Assembly (NCBI GenBank): GCA_963668025.2
Contig: CAXXTH010000023.1
Span: forward strand, 192,001-256,000
Reading direction: 5' to 3'
DNA length: 64,000 nt
From: Candidatus Hydrogenedentota bacterium
GTDB taxonomy: Bacteria; Hydrogenedentota; Hydrogenedentia; Hydrogenedentales; SLHB01
Positions 36,934-47,286 of the stretch are shown piece by piece. Positions within the stretch are counted from its first letter, which is position 1. The number at the start of each line of letters is the position of its first letter. The notes beneath the pieces are model-generated. The model was not told the DNA's origin. It was given only the letters and a program-made list of their open reading frames with translations, and made no database searches. A program made the translations under genes and the position numbers.

Positions 36934-38184
36934 TTATTGAACGCCGTATTGGCGGGCGACTTCCCGCTCGAGCAAGGCATACGATTTACGATACGCCTGC
37001 TGGAGGGCCTGTTCAGGCTGTGCGCCTTCCGCCAGGGCGTCAAGCATGGTGGAAATCGAGCGCTGGCCGAAACGTTTGAGCAGATAGTTCACGGTGGCGT
37101 GCGACTGGACATACGCAAGCCCAAGCGCTTCGGGGCTAAGCACTTTGAGCTGGTGTTGTTCGATTCCCGATAAGGGGAAGGCCTGCCCTTGCGCATACAA
37201 TGCTTCGAGCTTCGCTACATCCTCGGGGGTCAAATCATTTGAAAGCGTCTCCGCCAAACCCTCGTTCAACCACCACGGCACATTGTCGCCCACGATATGG
37301 CGCACGACGACGTGGGTGTATTCGTGGTATAAGCGCCGCTTAAGCTCCGCTTCATTGAGCACTTGGCCGGACTTGTCCACAATCGGCAGCCGAATCGCCC
37401 CGTCATACACCGCGCCCACATGCTCATCAAGCTGTGTGGCCGCCGAGAAATCCTTGGCCGTATACACCTTGACCAGAATAGGCCCAGGCGGGTAGACGCC
37501 GCCCAAACGCAGGCCAATATCGCGATAGGCGCGTTCGAGGAGCGTGAGGGCGCGGCTTACATCGCCGCCGCTCGTGTCCGGCTCATACCGCGCTTGGAAA
37601 TGCCGGGAACTGCGCGGCCGGTAGTTGCGTTCCACGGATTCCTCCCGGTAGGCCTTTTGGATTTTCTCGCTCAAACCCTGCGTATCGGGGCGCACTTCCT
37701 TCACCCATTCCCATTGAGCCAAGGCCGAGGGAATATCGTCGTCACGGTAATAGGCATCCCCCAGCAATTCATGGGCGTCCACGTTGTAGGGATCTAAATC
37801 GACGGCTTCCTCGAGCCGGGCGATGGCCTCGGACACATGATTGAGCCGCAGCCGGCATGCGCCTAGCATCAGCAGCGGTTTGGGATTATCGGGGGAAACG
37901 CTGATCGCCATGTCGAGATAGCGCGCCGCATTCGCAAAATCCGACGTTTTGGCGAATACATTGGCCTGGGCTTGGTAGGCGTTGCACAAATTGTTCCGGA
38001 CCGTCGCATTGTCCGGAGCCGCTTGATATGCCTGAAGAAAGCTCTTCAACGCGTCATCGAACTGTTCGGCTTTATACTGCGCAACGCCTTTCGCATTGTA
38101 TTCGGCTGCGCGTTGCGCGGCGGATTGCGCGAAGGCCGGCATGGCGCATACCATCAACGCCAACGCCACGATTCGCACGGCCAT
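36934..38184 (-). CDS. TPR protein with peptidase MA-like zinc metallopeptidase domain
   Basis: Signal peptide, TPR repeats, HEYTH and PWWLNEGLAE. Start uncertain (38184-38229). Confidence 0.85.
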   Translation of the reverse strand: MAVRIVALALMVCAMPAFAQSAAQRAAEYNAKGVAQYKAEQFDDALKSFLQAYQAAPDNATVRNNLCNAYQAQANVFAKTSDFANAARYLDMAISVSPDNPKPLLMLGACRLRLNHVSEAIARLEEAVDLDPYNVDAHELLGDAYYRDDDIPSALAQWEWVKEVRPDTQGLSEKIQKAYREESVERNYRPRSSRHFQARYEPDTSGGDVSRALTLLERAYRDIGLRLGGVYPPGPILVKVYTAKDFSAATQLDEHVGAVYDGAIRLPIVDKSGQVLNEAELKRRLYHEYTHVVVRHIVGDNVPWWLNEGLAETLSNDLTPEDVAKLEALYAQGQAFPLSGIEQHQLKVLSPEALGLAYVQSHATVNYLLKRFGQRSISTMLDALAEGAQPEQALQQAYRKSYALLEREVARQYGVQ

Positions 38185-38231
38185 ACACCCGCCTGTTTGT
38201 TTCATAAAGCGCCTATCCCATGGGTGCAACG

Positions 38232-38615
38232 CTATTTGAGCAGCGCCACGGCCTCGATTTCGACATGAAGCCCTTTCGGCAGGGCCGCAACCTGAACGCA
38301 GGAACGGGCCGGAGGGTTGGCCTTAAAAAACTCGGCATATACCTCGTTCACGGCTCCAAACCCACCCATGTCCGTCAAAAAAATAGTGGCCTTCACCACT
38401 TTTTCTAGAGACGAACCACTGGCGTCGAGCACCGTTTTAAGATTTAAAAGCGCAATACGCGCCTCTTCCGCCGCCGTTCCGACGATTGGCCCCGAGTCGT
38501 CCGCCGCCATGGCGAGCTGGCCCGATACATACAGAAAACCACCGGCTTCCACCGCGTGGCTATATGGCCCTACCGCTGGCGGCGCTCCCGCCGCCGTGAT
38601 GCAACGCTTATCCAT
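38232..38615 (-). CDS. ridA: RidA family enamine/imine deaminase
   Basis: APPAVGPYSHAV, SGQL, VVKATIFL.DM..F..VNEVY, PPARSCVQVAALPK..VEIE. Confidence 0.93.
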   Translation of the reverse strand: MDKRCITAAGAPPAVGPYSHAVEAGGFLYVSGQLAMAADDSGPIVGTAAEEARIALLNLKTVLDASGSSLEKVVKATIFLTDMGGFGAVNEVYAEFFKANPPARSCVQVAALPKGLHVEIEAVALLK

Positions 38616-38724
38616 ACGCAACGAAACTCCATGATTGATTTCTATAAACCGTACCACACAAGACACAAGCCGTCAAATGCAGGGAAAACAATTGATAAGA
38701 CGGAGCCGAGTTTTTTAAGGTTTT

Positions 38725-38802
38725 GTAGGGTGGGGCTTGTCCCACCGCTCAAGGCGGCTAACAAAAAAACAAATCACGCCCATCCTATAAATCCTGTCAA
38801 AA
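38725..38802. repeat. REP family 1 copy plus degenerate triple 9-mer
   Basis: gtagggtggggcttgtcccacc (38725-38746); atcacgcccatcctataaatcctgtcaaaa (38773-38802). Confidence 0.7.
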
Positions 38803-38881
38803 AGAAAACCGCCCGAATCTTTTAGGGACAAGCTTTTTTCGTCACGCCTGTTGTTTCCCCGTTCAGTTGTCACACCGGAAT

Positions 38882-38910
38882 TTGCCCGCGCCAGACAATC
38901 GTTATATACT
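38882..38910 (+). promoter_or_regulatory. Putative sigma70 promoter of the aconitase gene
   Basis: TTGCCC-17 bp-TATACT. Confidence 0.55.
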
Positions 38911-39045
38911 GGAAAGGCGCAGTGTGTCCTTTTCCGGCGAAATACCCGAATGTATGCGGATTCAAGAAAGGCTATATCCCGCCTGCCGGTGGAACTCCTT
39001 GCTGCGCATGGTTTTAACACTCAGGCAACAAGAGGGAGATGAGCC

Positions 39046-41313
39046 ATGGCGTTCGATAGTGGCACCATTCAAAACGTGTATGCGGCGTTGCCGGCGCGGG
39101 TGGCGAAGGCCCGTGAGCTCGTGGGACGCCCGCTCACGCTGGCGGAGAAGATTCTCTACGCCCATTTGTTCGATGGGGCACCCACGCAGGCGTACGCCCG
39201 CGCGCAGGATTATGTGGATTTCGCGCCCGACCGCGTGGCCATGCAGGACGCCACGGCGCAGATGGCCCTCCTTCAGTTCATGCAAGCAGGCAAGGCGCAC
39301 GCGGCCGTGCCTGCGACGGTGCATTGCGATCATTTGATCCTTGCCCAATCAGGCGCGAAAACGGACTTGGCGAAATCCCTCGATATCAACCGGGAAGTGT
39401 TTGATTTCCTGGCGTCGGTCTCGAACAAATATGGCATCGGCTTCTGGAAGCCGGGAGCGGGGATCATCCACCAGGTCGTCCTCGAAAACTACGCTTTCCC
39501 CGGCGGCATGATGATCGGCACGGATTCGCACACGCCCAACGCGGGCGGCCTCGGCATGCTGGCCATCGGCGTGGGCGGCGCGGACGCCGTGGATGTCATG
39601 GCGGGCATGGCGTGGGAGTTGAAATTCCCGAAGCTCATCGGCGTGCGTCTCACGGGCAAGCTCAACGGCTGGGCCTCGGCGAAGGATGTGATCCTCAAGG
39701 TGGCGGGCATCCTCACGGTCAAAGGTGGCACGGGCGCGATTATCGAGTATTTTGGCCCCGGCGCGGAAGCCATGTCGTGTACGGGCAAGGGCACGATCTG
39801 CAACATGGGCGCGGAAGTTGGCGCGACAACCTCGCTGTTCGCCTACGATGGCTCGATGGCGCGGTATCTCGAAGCGACCGGCCGCGCGGATATCGCCCAA
39901 ACCGCCGAGGCGGTTCGCGAACACTTGCGGCCCGACCCCGAGGTGTACGAAACGCCGGAGCTGTTTTTCGACCAAGTGCTCGATATTAACCTTTCGGAAC
40001 TCGAACCGCATATCAACGGCCCTTTCTCGCCCGACCGCTGCCACAGCATCTCGGAATTCGGCAAGGCCGTCGAAGAAAACGGCTGGCCTCGAAACCTCGA
40101 AGTGGGCCTTATCGGCTCATGCACGAATTCCTCGTACGAAGATATGGCCCGGGCGGCTTCAATAGCCCGGCAGGCTAAAGATAAAAAGCTCAAGGCCAAG
40201 GCGGAATTCACGGTGACGCCTGGTTCGGAGCAGGTGCGCTATACCGTGGCGCGCGACGGCATCCTCGATGCCTTCGAGTCCATCGGCGGGGTGGTGCTCG
40301 CCAATGCCTGCGGGCCGTGCATCGGCCAATGGGCGCGCCATCGGGCGGGCGGCGAGGAGCCCAACTCGATTGTCACGTCCTTCAATCGCAATTTCGCCAA
40401 GCGCAACGACGGCAATCCGAAAACCCACGCCTTCGTAGCGTCGCCGGAATTGGTGACGGCCTTGGCGCTGGCGGGCGACCTTACTTTCAACCCATTGACG
40501 GATACGCTCACGAACGAGGACGGCGAACAGGTAAAACTCGATCCGCCATCGGGCGATGAATTGCCCATCCAGGGATTCGCCGTTGAGGACGCGGGCTACG
40601 TCGCGCCCGCCGAAGACGGCAGCCGGATCGAGATAGCTGTTGCGCCGGACTCGAAGCGCCTGCAACTGCTCGCGCCGTTTGCCCCTTGGGAAGGCGCGGA
40701 CTTAAAAGGCCTCAAGCTCCTGCTCAAGGCCAGGGGGAAATGCACGACCGACCATATCTCGATGGCGGGGCCGTGGCTGCGCTACCGGGGGCACTTGGAC
40801 AACATCTCGGACAACTGTTTCATCGGGGCCATCAACGCATTCAACGGCGAAGCGAACAAGGTAAAGAACCAGCTTACGGGCGAATACGGCGAAGTGCCCG
40901 CCACGCAGCGCGCGTATAAAGCGGCGGGCGTAGGCTCCATCGTCGTGGGCGATGAAAATTACGGGGAAGGCTCGTCTCGCGAGCACGCGGCCATGGAGCC
41001 ACGCTTTCTCGGCGTGCGCGCCATCCTCGTGAAGAGCTTCGCCCGCATCCACGAGACCAATCTGAAAAAACAGGGCATGCTCGCCCTCACGTTCGCTAAT
41101 CCAGCGGATTACGACAAGGTGCTCGAGGACGACGCCATCGACATCACGGGCCTCACGGAATTCGCGCCCGACAAGCCGCTCGATATCGTATTGCACCACG
41201 CGGACGGCTCGGTGGATACGCTCCAGGCGTGCCACACATACAACCATGCGCAGATCGAATGGTTCAAGGCGGGTGGGGCGTTGAATCTGATCCGCGCGGG
41301 AAAGCAGGCCTGA
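39046..41313 (+). CDS. Aconitate hydratase (mitochondrial-like type)
   Basis: [67 protein letters not shown]. Confidence 0.96.
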   Translation: MAFDSGTIQNVYAALPARVAKARELVGRPLTLAEKILYAHLFDGAPTQAYARAQDYVDFAPDRVAMQDATAQMALLQFMQAGKAHAAVPATVHCDHLILAQSGAKTDLAKSLDINREVFDFLASVSNKYGIGFWKPGAGIIHQVVLENYAFPGGMMIGTDSHTPNAGGLGMLAIGVGGADAVDVMAGMAWELKFPKLIGVRLTGKLNGWASAKDVILKVAGILTVKGGTGAIIEYFGPGAEAMSCTGKGTICNMGAEVGATTSLFAYDGSMARYLEATGRADIAQTAEAVREHLRPDPEVYETPELFFDQVLDINLSELEPHINGPFSPDRCHSISEFGKAVEENGWPRNLEVGLIGSCTNSSYEDMARAASIARQAKDKKLKAKAEFTVTPGSEQVRYTVARDGILDAFESIGGVVLANACGPCIGQWARHRAGGEEPNSIVTSFNRNFAKRNDGNPKTHAFVASPELVTALALAGDLTFNPLTDTLTNEDGEQVKLDPPSGDELPIQGFAVEDAGYVAPAEDGSRIEIAVAPDSKRLQLLAPFAPWEGADLKGLKLLLKARGKCTTDHISMAGPWLRYRGHLDNISDNCFIGAINAFNGEANKVKNQLTGEYGEVPATQRAYKAAGVGSIVVGDENYGEGSSREHAAMEPRFLGVRAILVKSFARIHETNLKKQGMLALTFANPADYDKVLEDDAIDITGLTEFAPDKPLDIVLHHADGSVDTLQACHTYNHAQIEWFKAGGALNLIRAGKQA

Positions 41314-41318
41314 ACGAG

Positions 41319-41897
41319 ATGAAACGGGTGCCTGCGACGCCGGAAGGGATCGCGGAAGCCGCCGCATTGATCCGCGCGGGTGAGGTGGTGGCCTACCCCA
41401 CGGAGACGGTCTACGGCTTGGGGGCCGACCCGTTTTCGGACACGGCGGTCGAGCGCTTATTCGAGGTGAAGGGGCGCGCCCGGGACAAGGCGGTGCTGCT
41501 CATCGTCGCGGACATGGAGCAGCTTACCTGCGTGGCGGCGCATATATCGCCACGCGCCCAGGCATACATGGAAGCCTTCTGGCCGGGTCCGTTGAGCCTC
41601 GTATTGCCCAGCGCGTCCGGCTTGCCGGATTTACTCACGGGAGGCAGCCCAACAATATGCGTGCGCTGTCCCGCCTGCGAAACCGCCCGCGCGTTATGCC
41701 TCGCCGTAGGCGGGCCGATCACATCCACCTCCGCCAACCTATCGGGCCAGGAGCCTGCCCGGGACTTGACTCGGCTGAACCTGCCCGGCGTGGCGCTGGC
41801 CATCGACGGCGGCATCTTGCCGCCTAGCGCGCCTTCGACGATTATCGAGCCGGAATCCGGGGCGATACTACGGCAAGGGGCGATTAAGATTGACTGA
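41319..41897 (+). CDS. tsaC: L-threonylcarbamoyladenylate synthase (YrdC/Sua5 family)
   Basis: VVAYPTETVYGLGA, K.R...K, FWPGPLS, TSTSANLSG, PSTII. Confidence 0.93.
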   Translation: MKRVPATPEGIAEAAALIRAGEVVAYPTETVYGLGADPFSDTAVERLFEVKGRARDKAVLLIVADMEQLTCVAAHISPRAQAYMEAFWPGPLSLVLPSASGLPDLLTGGSPTICVRCPACETARALCLAVGGPITSTSANLSGQEPARDLTRLNLPGVALAIDGGILPPSAPSTIIEPESGAILRQGAIKID

Positions 41898-44800
41898 TCG
41901 GACTGATCGGACCGATCTGACAGATCGGGCAGATCGGGCCGATCTGCGAAGACAACAGCTCCAGCATAATCACCGTTTGGTATCCGGATTCCACTGCCGC
42001 ATCCATGATGCGCTCCACGCATTGCTGGCGTGAAGCCAATAAGGCGCTCCGCTGTTTCCCGGTAAGCTCGGAATCGCTCAGAATAGACAGGGCCGCCGTG
42101 AACAGAAGCCAGCCCATGGCCCGTTCAAGCTGCTCTTTATTCAAATAAGTGATTCCTTGATATTCGTTTACGCGTAGAAATTCCCGCACAATCGGATCAT
42201 CAAGCATCTCCTCGACGAGCAGCGCGGGCTCCGTTTCAAAGAGCGCCAATAGTCCTTTTGTGTGGGAGGTGAGCAGCATCATAAGCCGCGTGTCGTCCCG
42301 GGCGCGCCATTCATCAATCCCCAAAGCGGAAAAGGACTTTATGATGGGGTCTGTAAGCAGCCATTCATCGAGCCAGTGGCCACGGCTTCCTGCTCCGGAA
42401 TGGACGGCCAGCACTTCTTCGAGATGATGCACCATGGTCCAAATGATGGGAATACGCCAGAATAGCAGGCCATCTTCCCGTTGTTCCGGCATATGCGCGA
42501 AAACCACATCCGCCTCGGCTTTACGAGGCGCCGTAGCCTCCAAGCGTTTCTCAAACTGGAGCAGCGCCGCCATCTCTTCCATCGCCGCTCCCAGGATCTT
42601 CTCTTTCTCCACCGTAACGCCCACTTCAGCTTCCGTGATGTCTAGATACAAGCCCAGCACTTTGCCGAAACGGCGGCATGCGGCGTCCGCTTTCGTTTTA
42701 TCGCCCATGGCGGAAACCAATTGGCGCAGCATCTCCACCCCGGCCACATTGGAAAAGGCGTCGAGCATGGGCGCGACAAGAATCTCTTTGTAGAAGCGGC
42801 GGATGTTGGGAACGCCGCCACCGCCCAGGCGCGCGGCCACCTCCGCCCACACGTGGGCCGTGTCGATCACTTCCTCGAAATCCATCATCACATGGTACTG
42901 GTAGCCCCGCAATTCGAGGTAAAGCCCATCTTCGGCGAGGCTCCGCCCCGACCGGATATATTCGAGGTTCTCGTGGTGGTCGCGGAAAATATAGAACACT
43001 CCCGGCTCCGTGCGCAGGCCCAGAGATTGGACCAAGGTGCGATGGACAAGGTCTTTTACCTCCACGGAGCCTTGGTTGAAGGCCGTCGAGGTATGCAAGC
43101 GCCCGCGCGTGGAGTTATACGAATTATTGTAGATGACAATGCTCCGCTCGCCGCCTGCGCGGTTGCTATAGGCGAATACGTTCTCGTCCACATACGCGTC
43201 CGGGTGAATAAAGTCATAAAAGGCGAATTGTTCAACACCGCTGAACAAATAGCGGCGGCGCATGAGCGGAAACACCTCACGCTCGTGGCGGCGGACCATC
43301 TCGTCATTCACGGTTTCGTCCCAATACGCCCGGCGGTATTCCATGCCATATTTTTCGGTGAAGCCTTCGATCTGGCCGTGGCCGAACATGGGCAGGCCCG
43401 GCATGGTCGCCATCATCATCGCTACGCCGAAATATTTATCGCCGTTTCCAAACTGCTCGACGGCAGTCATTTCATCCGGATTGTTCATGAAGTTCACGAA
43501 CCGCTTAAGCACCTCGGGGCTGAATTCGAGGACATTCTTCACGGTCATGCGGTACTTGAGATTCTCCTCCATTTTAAGCATGTTCATGAAAGCGCTGTTA
43601 TAGACCCGGTGCATGCCCAAGGTCCGTACGAAATACCCTTCCATGAGCCAGAAGGCCTCGGCGAGCAGCAGCGTATCGGGAACTTCCTCTTGCACGCGGT
43701 CCACCACTTGCCGCCAGAATTCCTCAGGGAAAACCGCGTCAAAGGCTTCCTTCGTCATACTGCATTGCGAACGGGAAGGAATAGCCCCGCCTTCTCCGGG
43801 CAGAGGAAACCATAGGCGTTGAAAATGCTTTTTCGCCAGCGTCATGGCGGCGTCAAACCGGATAATGGGCGATAGCCGCGCCACATGCAGAATGGTCTGA
43901 ATGACCGCCTCACGCACCTCGGGAATGAGGTAATTGAGTTGCGCGGTGTCATTCCAGGGCATGTTCGTGCCGTCGTTGCCGTGATATATATAGCGCGTGT
44001 CGCCAGTCCAGTGGTCCACCCGCTTGAAAACTACCGCGGCATCGCTGTGGCTCCAGTAACCATCCTCGATATACAGGCCCACGCGGTCATCGGGGCACAG
44101 ATCAGGGCCATTAAATTGATAACTCGGGAACGGAGGATAACTGGTTTGGACGAACCAGTCCGGATGCTCGATGACCCATTTCGAGTGTATGCCCACATGG
44201 TTCGGCACCATGTCGCTGGCCAGGCGTATGCCTCGCTGCCATGCCCGGGCCTTGAGATTTAGGTAAGCCTCTTCGCCGCCCAGCTCCCATGCAATGGTGT
44301 AATCATATAGCGAATACGCCGAGGCCGCCGCTTCTGGATTGCCCATGCGCTTTTTGATGTCTTCCGAGGCGCTCGAACGCTCCCATAAACCGATAAGCCA
44401 CAGTCCAGTGAAACCATATCGCGCAAGGCGGTCCAATTCCGCATCTGGAATCTCATCCAGCCGCGCAATGGGCCGCTGGTATTGCTTGGACAACTGGTGC
44501 AGCCAGACATAGGCGATTTTCGCGATCAGCACCACCCGCGACATCCAGTCCGCATCGGGCGTGAAACGTTCCGGTTCTGGATATCCATAAAAACCGCCTA
44601 ATCCTTTTCCAAAGCCCATTACTTCGAGCAGCGGAGGGCCGAAACCGCGCATCTGGGTTTCTTCGCGCAACGCATCACGCACGGCCAATAACCGCTGGAG
44701 CAGCCATGGCGGCAGCAGCGCCGCCCAATGCTCACGGATATATTCGAGCTGCCCTTCGAGGGATTCAGGCGCGGCTGCGATGGGCGCGCGCAGGCAATCC

Positions 44801-45489
44801 GGCAGCGCTTGCTCGATAGGATAGATAGCTGGCTGTTCCCGGAAAATCCCATCCATGCGGTCCGTAAACATACGGTAGGCGCTTTGCGCTTCGAGAGGCT
44901 CATCATTGAAGAGCTCCCGGAACGGGCGGAGCGCTGGATTCTCCGTGGCCACACGGAGCAGGGACGCCTCCCGGGCGGCAGCCTCTACATGCGGCGCGCC
45001 ATCCGTCTCACCCGCAAGAAAGGCGTCCGCTACTTCAGCGCCTTGGCGCACCTCGGGGGGCGGGTAAAGCGCCACAAACGCCTCGATCTGGCGCGCCGCT
45101 TGTTCCTGGCCAAACCGGGCGCGAATTTGCGCCAGCGTTTGGCCTAGCGCTCCTTTATTCTGTTCACGGCAATACAAGTTGAATACATAACGTAAAATCT
45201 CATGCAACAAGGCAAACGCCTGCAAATGGCCTGGCCGGGCTGGATACTTTGCGGCTTCCTCCGGCGGCTTCGCTTTTTGCAGCCGGTATGCGAGCTGGCG
45301 CATCAGCGGTATCCGCGCATGTTCATCCAGCGCGGCGGCGTCCGCGGCCAAGTCATCCAGGCCAATCCGGCTCCATGCCTCCTGGGAAACGGGGAAACCC
45401 AGTGGGCAATACGGCCGGCTCGACGCCTTAGGCTGGTCCATTATATTCTCCGCATCTGGCCGCGCACCCTGTTCATCCACGTGCATCAC
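41884..45489 (-). CDS. Large alpha-amylase family (GH13) glycoside hydrolase
   Basis: DMVPNH, IRFDAAM (nucleophile Asp), LLAEAFW (acid/base Glu), FMNNPDE. Confidence 0.9.
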   Translation of the reverse strand: MMHVDEQGARPDAENIMDQPKASSRPYCPLGFPVSQEAWSRIGLDDLAADAAALDEHARIPLMRQLAYRLQKAKPPEEAAKYPARPGHLQAFALLHEILRYVFNLYCREQNKGALGQTLAQIRARFGQEQAARQIEAFVALYPPPEVRQGAEVADAFLAGETDGAPHVEAAAREASLLRVATENPALRPFRELFNDEPLEAQSAYRMFTDRMDGIFREQPAIYPIEQALPDCLRAPIAAAPESLEGQLEYIREHWAALLPPWLLQRLLAVRDALREETQMRGFGPPLLEVMGFGKGLGGFYGYPEPERFTPDADWMSRVVLIAKIAYVWLHQLSKQYQRPIARLDEIPDAELDRLARYGFTGLWLIGLWERSSASEDIKKRMGNPEAAASAYSLYDYTIAWELGGEEAYLNLKARAWQRGIRLASDMVPNHVGIHSKWVIEHPDWFVQTSYPPFPSYQFNGPDLCPDDRVGLYIEDGYWSHSDAAVVFKRVDHWTGDTRYIYHGNDGTNMPWNDTAQLNYLIPEVREAVIQTILHVARLSPIIRFDAAMTLAKKHFQRLWFPLPGEGGAIPSRSQCSMTKEAFDAVFPEEFWRQVVDRVQEEVPDTLLLAEAFWLMEGYFVRTLGMHRVYNSAFMNMLKMEENLKYRMTVKNVLEFSPEVLKRFVNFMNNPDEMTAVEQFGNGDKYFGVAMMMATMPGLPMFGHGQIEGFTEKYGMEYRRAYWDETVNDEMVRRHEREVFPLMRRRYLFSGVEQFAFYDFIHPDAYVDENVFAYSNRAGGERSIVIYNNSYNSTRGRLHTSTAFNQGSVEVKDLVHRTLVQSLGLRTEPGVFYIFRDHHENLEYIRSGRSLAEDGLYLELRGYQYHVMMDFEEVIDTAHVWAEVAARLGGGGVPNIRRFYKEILVAPMLDAFSNVAGVEMLRQLVSAMGDKTKADAACRRFGKVLGLYLDITEAEVGVTVEKEKILGAAMEEMAALLQFEKRLEATAPRKAEADVVFAHMPEQREDGLLFWRIPIIWTMVHHLEEVLAVHSGAGSRGHWLDEWLLTDPIIKSFSALGIDEWRARDDTRLMMLLTSHTKGLLALFETEPALLVEEMLDDPIVREFLRVNEYQGITYLNKEQLERAMGWLLFTAALSILSDSELTGKQRSALLASRQQCVERIMDAAVESGYQTVIMLELLSSQIGPICPICQIGPISPISQS
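41896..41949. repeat. Tandem 9-bp repeat, six GATC-initiated units
   Basis: gatcggact gatcggacc gatctgaca gatcgggca gatcgggcc gatctgcga. Confidence 0.9.
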
Positions 45490-45639
45490 ACCTCATATCT
45501 CTTCCAGCATCGAAGCATTCCTGCGGAAGATGTTTCATCCGGTAAAAAAACTAAAACGTAAGGATACACCATTGCCGGGCAGCAACGCCAAAGAATGCCA
45601 AGCCCTTATGTAACCTGTGATTTTATGTCAATTGAAAAC

Positions 45640-45668
45640 TTGACTTCAGGCTGGGAATTACGTATGCT
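45640..45668 (+). promoter_or_regulatory. Putative sigma70 promoter of the tRNA pair
   Basis: TTGACT-17 bp-TATGCT, ending 11 bp before tRNA-Phe. Confidence 0.75.
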
Positions 45669-45679
45669 ATTTCCCGCGT

Positions 45680-45755
45680 GCCGAGGTAGCTCAGTTGGTA
45701 GAGCACTGGACTGAAAATCCGGGTGTCGGCAGTTCGAGTCTGCCCCTTGGCACCA
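45680..45755 (+). tRNA. tRNA-Phe(GAA)
   Basis: GCCGAGG acceptor stem, anticodon arm ctgga-ctGAAaa-tccgg, GTTCGA T-loop, encoded CCA. Confidence 0.97.
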
Positions 45756-45767
45756 TTTTTTTTGTTT

Positions 45768-45843
45768 GCTGGATTAGCTCAGTCGGTAGAGCGCGTCACT
45801 CGTAATGACGAGGTCCGGGGTTCGATTCCCCGATCCAGCTCCA
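45768..45843 (+). tRNA. tRNA-Thr(CGT)
   Basis: GCTGGAT acceptor stem, anticodon arm cgtca-ctCGTaa-tgacg, GTTCGA T-loop, encoded CCA. Confidence 0.97.
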
Positions 45844-45997
45844 CACCACAGGATTGCCCGTCCGCTCTCGAATCAAAGACGATGGCGGGTTCAGTTGCAT
45901 AAGGCCAAACGGCCGCGCCTGATACAGCCATATGCGGGTTGTGGCTCCTAATCGGCCGCAATTTCTTTCGCATACATGATTAGGTTGGTATAAAAAG

Positions 45998-46570
45998 ATG
46001 AAACAATCATTCAGTACGTCTGAAGTCGCGGCTTATTGCCATGTCACGGCGGACACCATCCGGAAGTGGGCTGAAGCAGGCCGTATCCGTGTTTTCAAGA
46101 CTCCCGGCGGGCACCGGCGCATCCGGCGAGAAGATCTCATCCGTTTTCTCCGCGAGAATAATATCCCGATCCACGGCGATCTCAAGGAAGATGGCGTCAA
46201 GATTTTGATCGCGGACAGCGATATGGCGGCCCTTTCGAGTATACAGCGTTTTCTGGATCGCTCCAGCGGCGGCTTTATCGTCGAGACTGCGAGTGACGCC
46301 TTCGAAACAGGGCATCGGATGGCGCTATTCGAGCCCGATGTGTTGTTCCTCGACCTAAATCTCCCCGGCGTGGAAGGCATCGATTTATGTCGGCGAATGA
46401 AAAGCGATTTCGAACACCCGGGCACGCAGATCATCATTGTCGGCGCGGATGATGGTTCCGAGTTCTTAAGCCGCGGCCCCGAACCGGCTGTGGCTGCTTT
46501 CATGCGCAAACCCTTTACGCCAGATGACTTACGGCGCTGTCTCGCCCAATTGGGCATTGAAATCAGCTAA
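45998..46570 (+). CDS. Excisionase/MerR-like HTH (HTH_17) fused to a receiver domain
   Basis: FSTSEVAAYCHV..DTIRKWAEAG...KTPGGHRRI, followed by a REC-like domain (LFLDLNLPG, RKPF). Confidence 0.9.
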   Translation: MKQSFSTSEVAAYCHVTADTIRKWAEAGRIRVFKTPGGHRRIRREDLIRFLRENNIPIHGDLKEDGVKILIADSDMAALSSIQRFLDRSSGGFIVETASDAFETGHRMALFEPDVLFLDLNLPGVEGIDLCRRMKSDFEHPGTQIIIVGADDGSEFLSRGPEPAVAAFMRKPFTPDDLRRCLAQLGIEIS

Positions 46571-46702
46571 TCCGGGCCTCTTTTTGCCCGCCCCGCCATT
46601 TTTTGCGAAATAGGTGCAACCATTTCGCTTTTCTGGGCATCCATATACGGGAAGATCATGAGTGACTCGAGCGGCGTTTTGGGGCTGCTAGAAAGGGGTT
46701 TC

Positions 46703-47158
46703 ATGAGACATATGCACACACGTGTATGGATGAGCGCGGCGATGGCGCTGCTGGTGATATGTTTGGCGGGATGCCCATTGCCCGGCAGCCTGGAAGAGCT
46801 TTACGGGTACAACACTATCGTGCTGCGTAATGAAGGCAGCCGCCCCCTGCTCGCGTTTTACATTATCGATTCGGATGAACCTGGCCGGGGCGTCAATTAT
46901 CTCTCCCAGTATACTGAGGGCCTTACCCCGACGAATTATCTGTCCATAAGCAATTTTGAGCACGGAAGCTACCGGCTCGAAATTGAATATGAACTGACGC
47001 CCGAGGAACAAGGCTCGGAAGAAGCTGAAACGCTTCTGGTGGTGGAAAAACTCGCCATTAATTTAACCTACGGACAGTCCTATACTTGGTATTGGTATCG
47101 CCCCAGCGATGCGGTTCTTGCGGCGAATCAATATGTAGATGACGACGATGATGAATAA
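46703..47158 (+). CDS. Putative lipoprotein
   Basis: Hydrophobic signal with LAGC lipobox. AAAGGGG ribosome-binding site before ATG 46703. Confidence 0.75.
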   Translation: MRHMHTRVWMSAAMALLVICLAGCPLPGSLEELYGYNTIVLRNEGSRPLLAFYIIDSDEPGRGVNYLSQYTEGLTPTNYLSISNFEHGSYRLEIEYELTPEEQGSEEAETLLVVEKLAINLTYGQSYTWYWYRPSDAVLAANQYVDDDDDE

Positions 47159-47286
47159 TCCACGCCACATACGCATATAAAGCTTCCCTATAGAAATATT
47201 GCACCATATGCTGTAAACCATCTCAGAAGGGCATATAATACCGCCTTCTCCTGTTTCTATTGTGATTATCGGAGGAAGAAGGCGTT

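Noticed and set aside
45768-47158. Integrated element at tRNA-Thr(CGT) with an excisionase-like gene
   Set aside because: No integrase and no duplicated tRNA 3' end in the window. The HTH_17 domain is fused to a receiver domain, as in ordinary regulators.
47160-47286. Manganese riboswitch or metal-regulator box upstream of mntH
   Set aside because: No yybP-ykoY-like structure or convincing palindrome recognised by eye.
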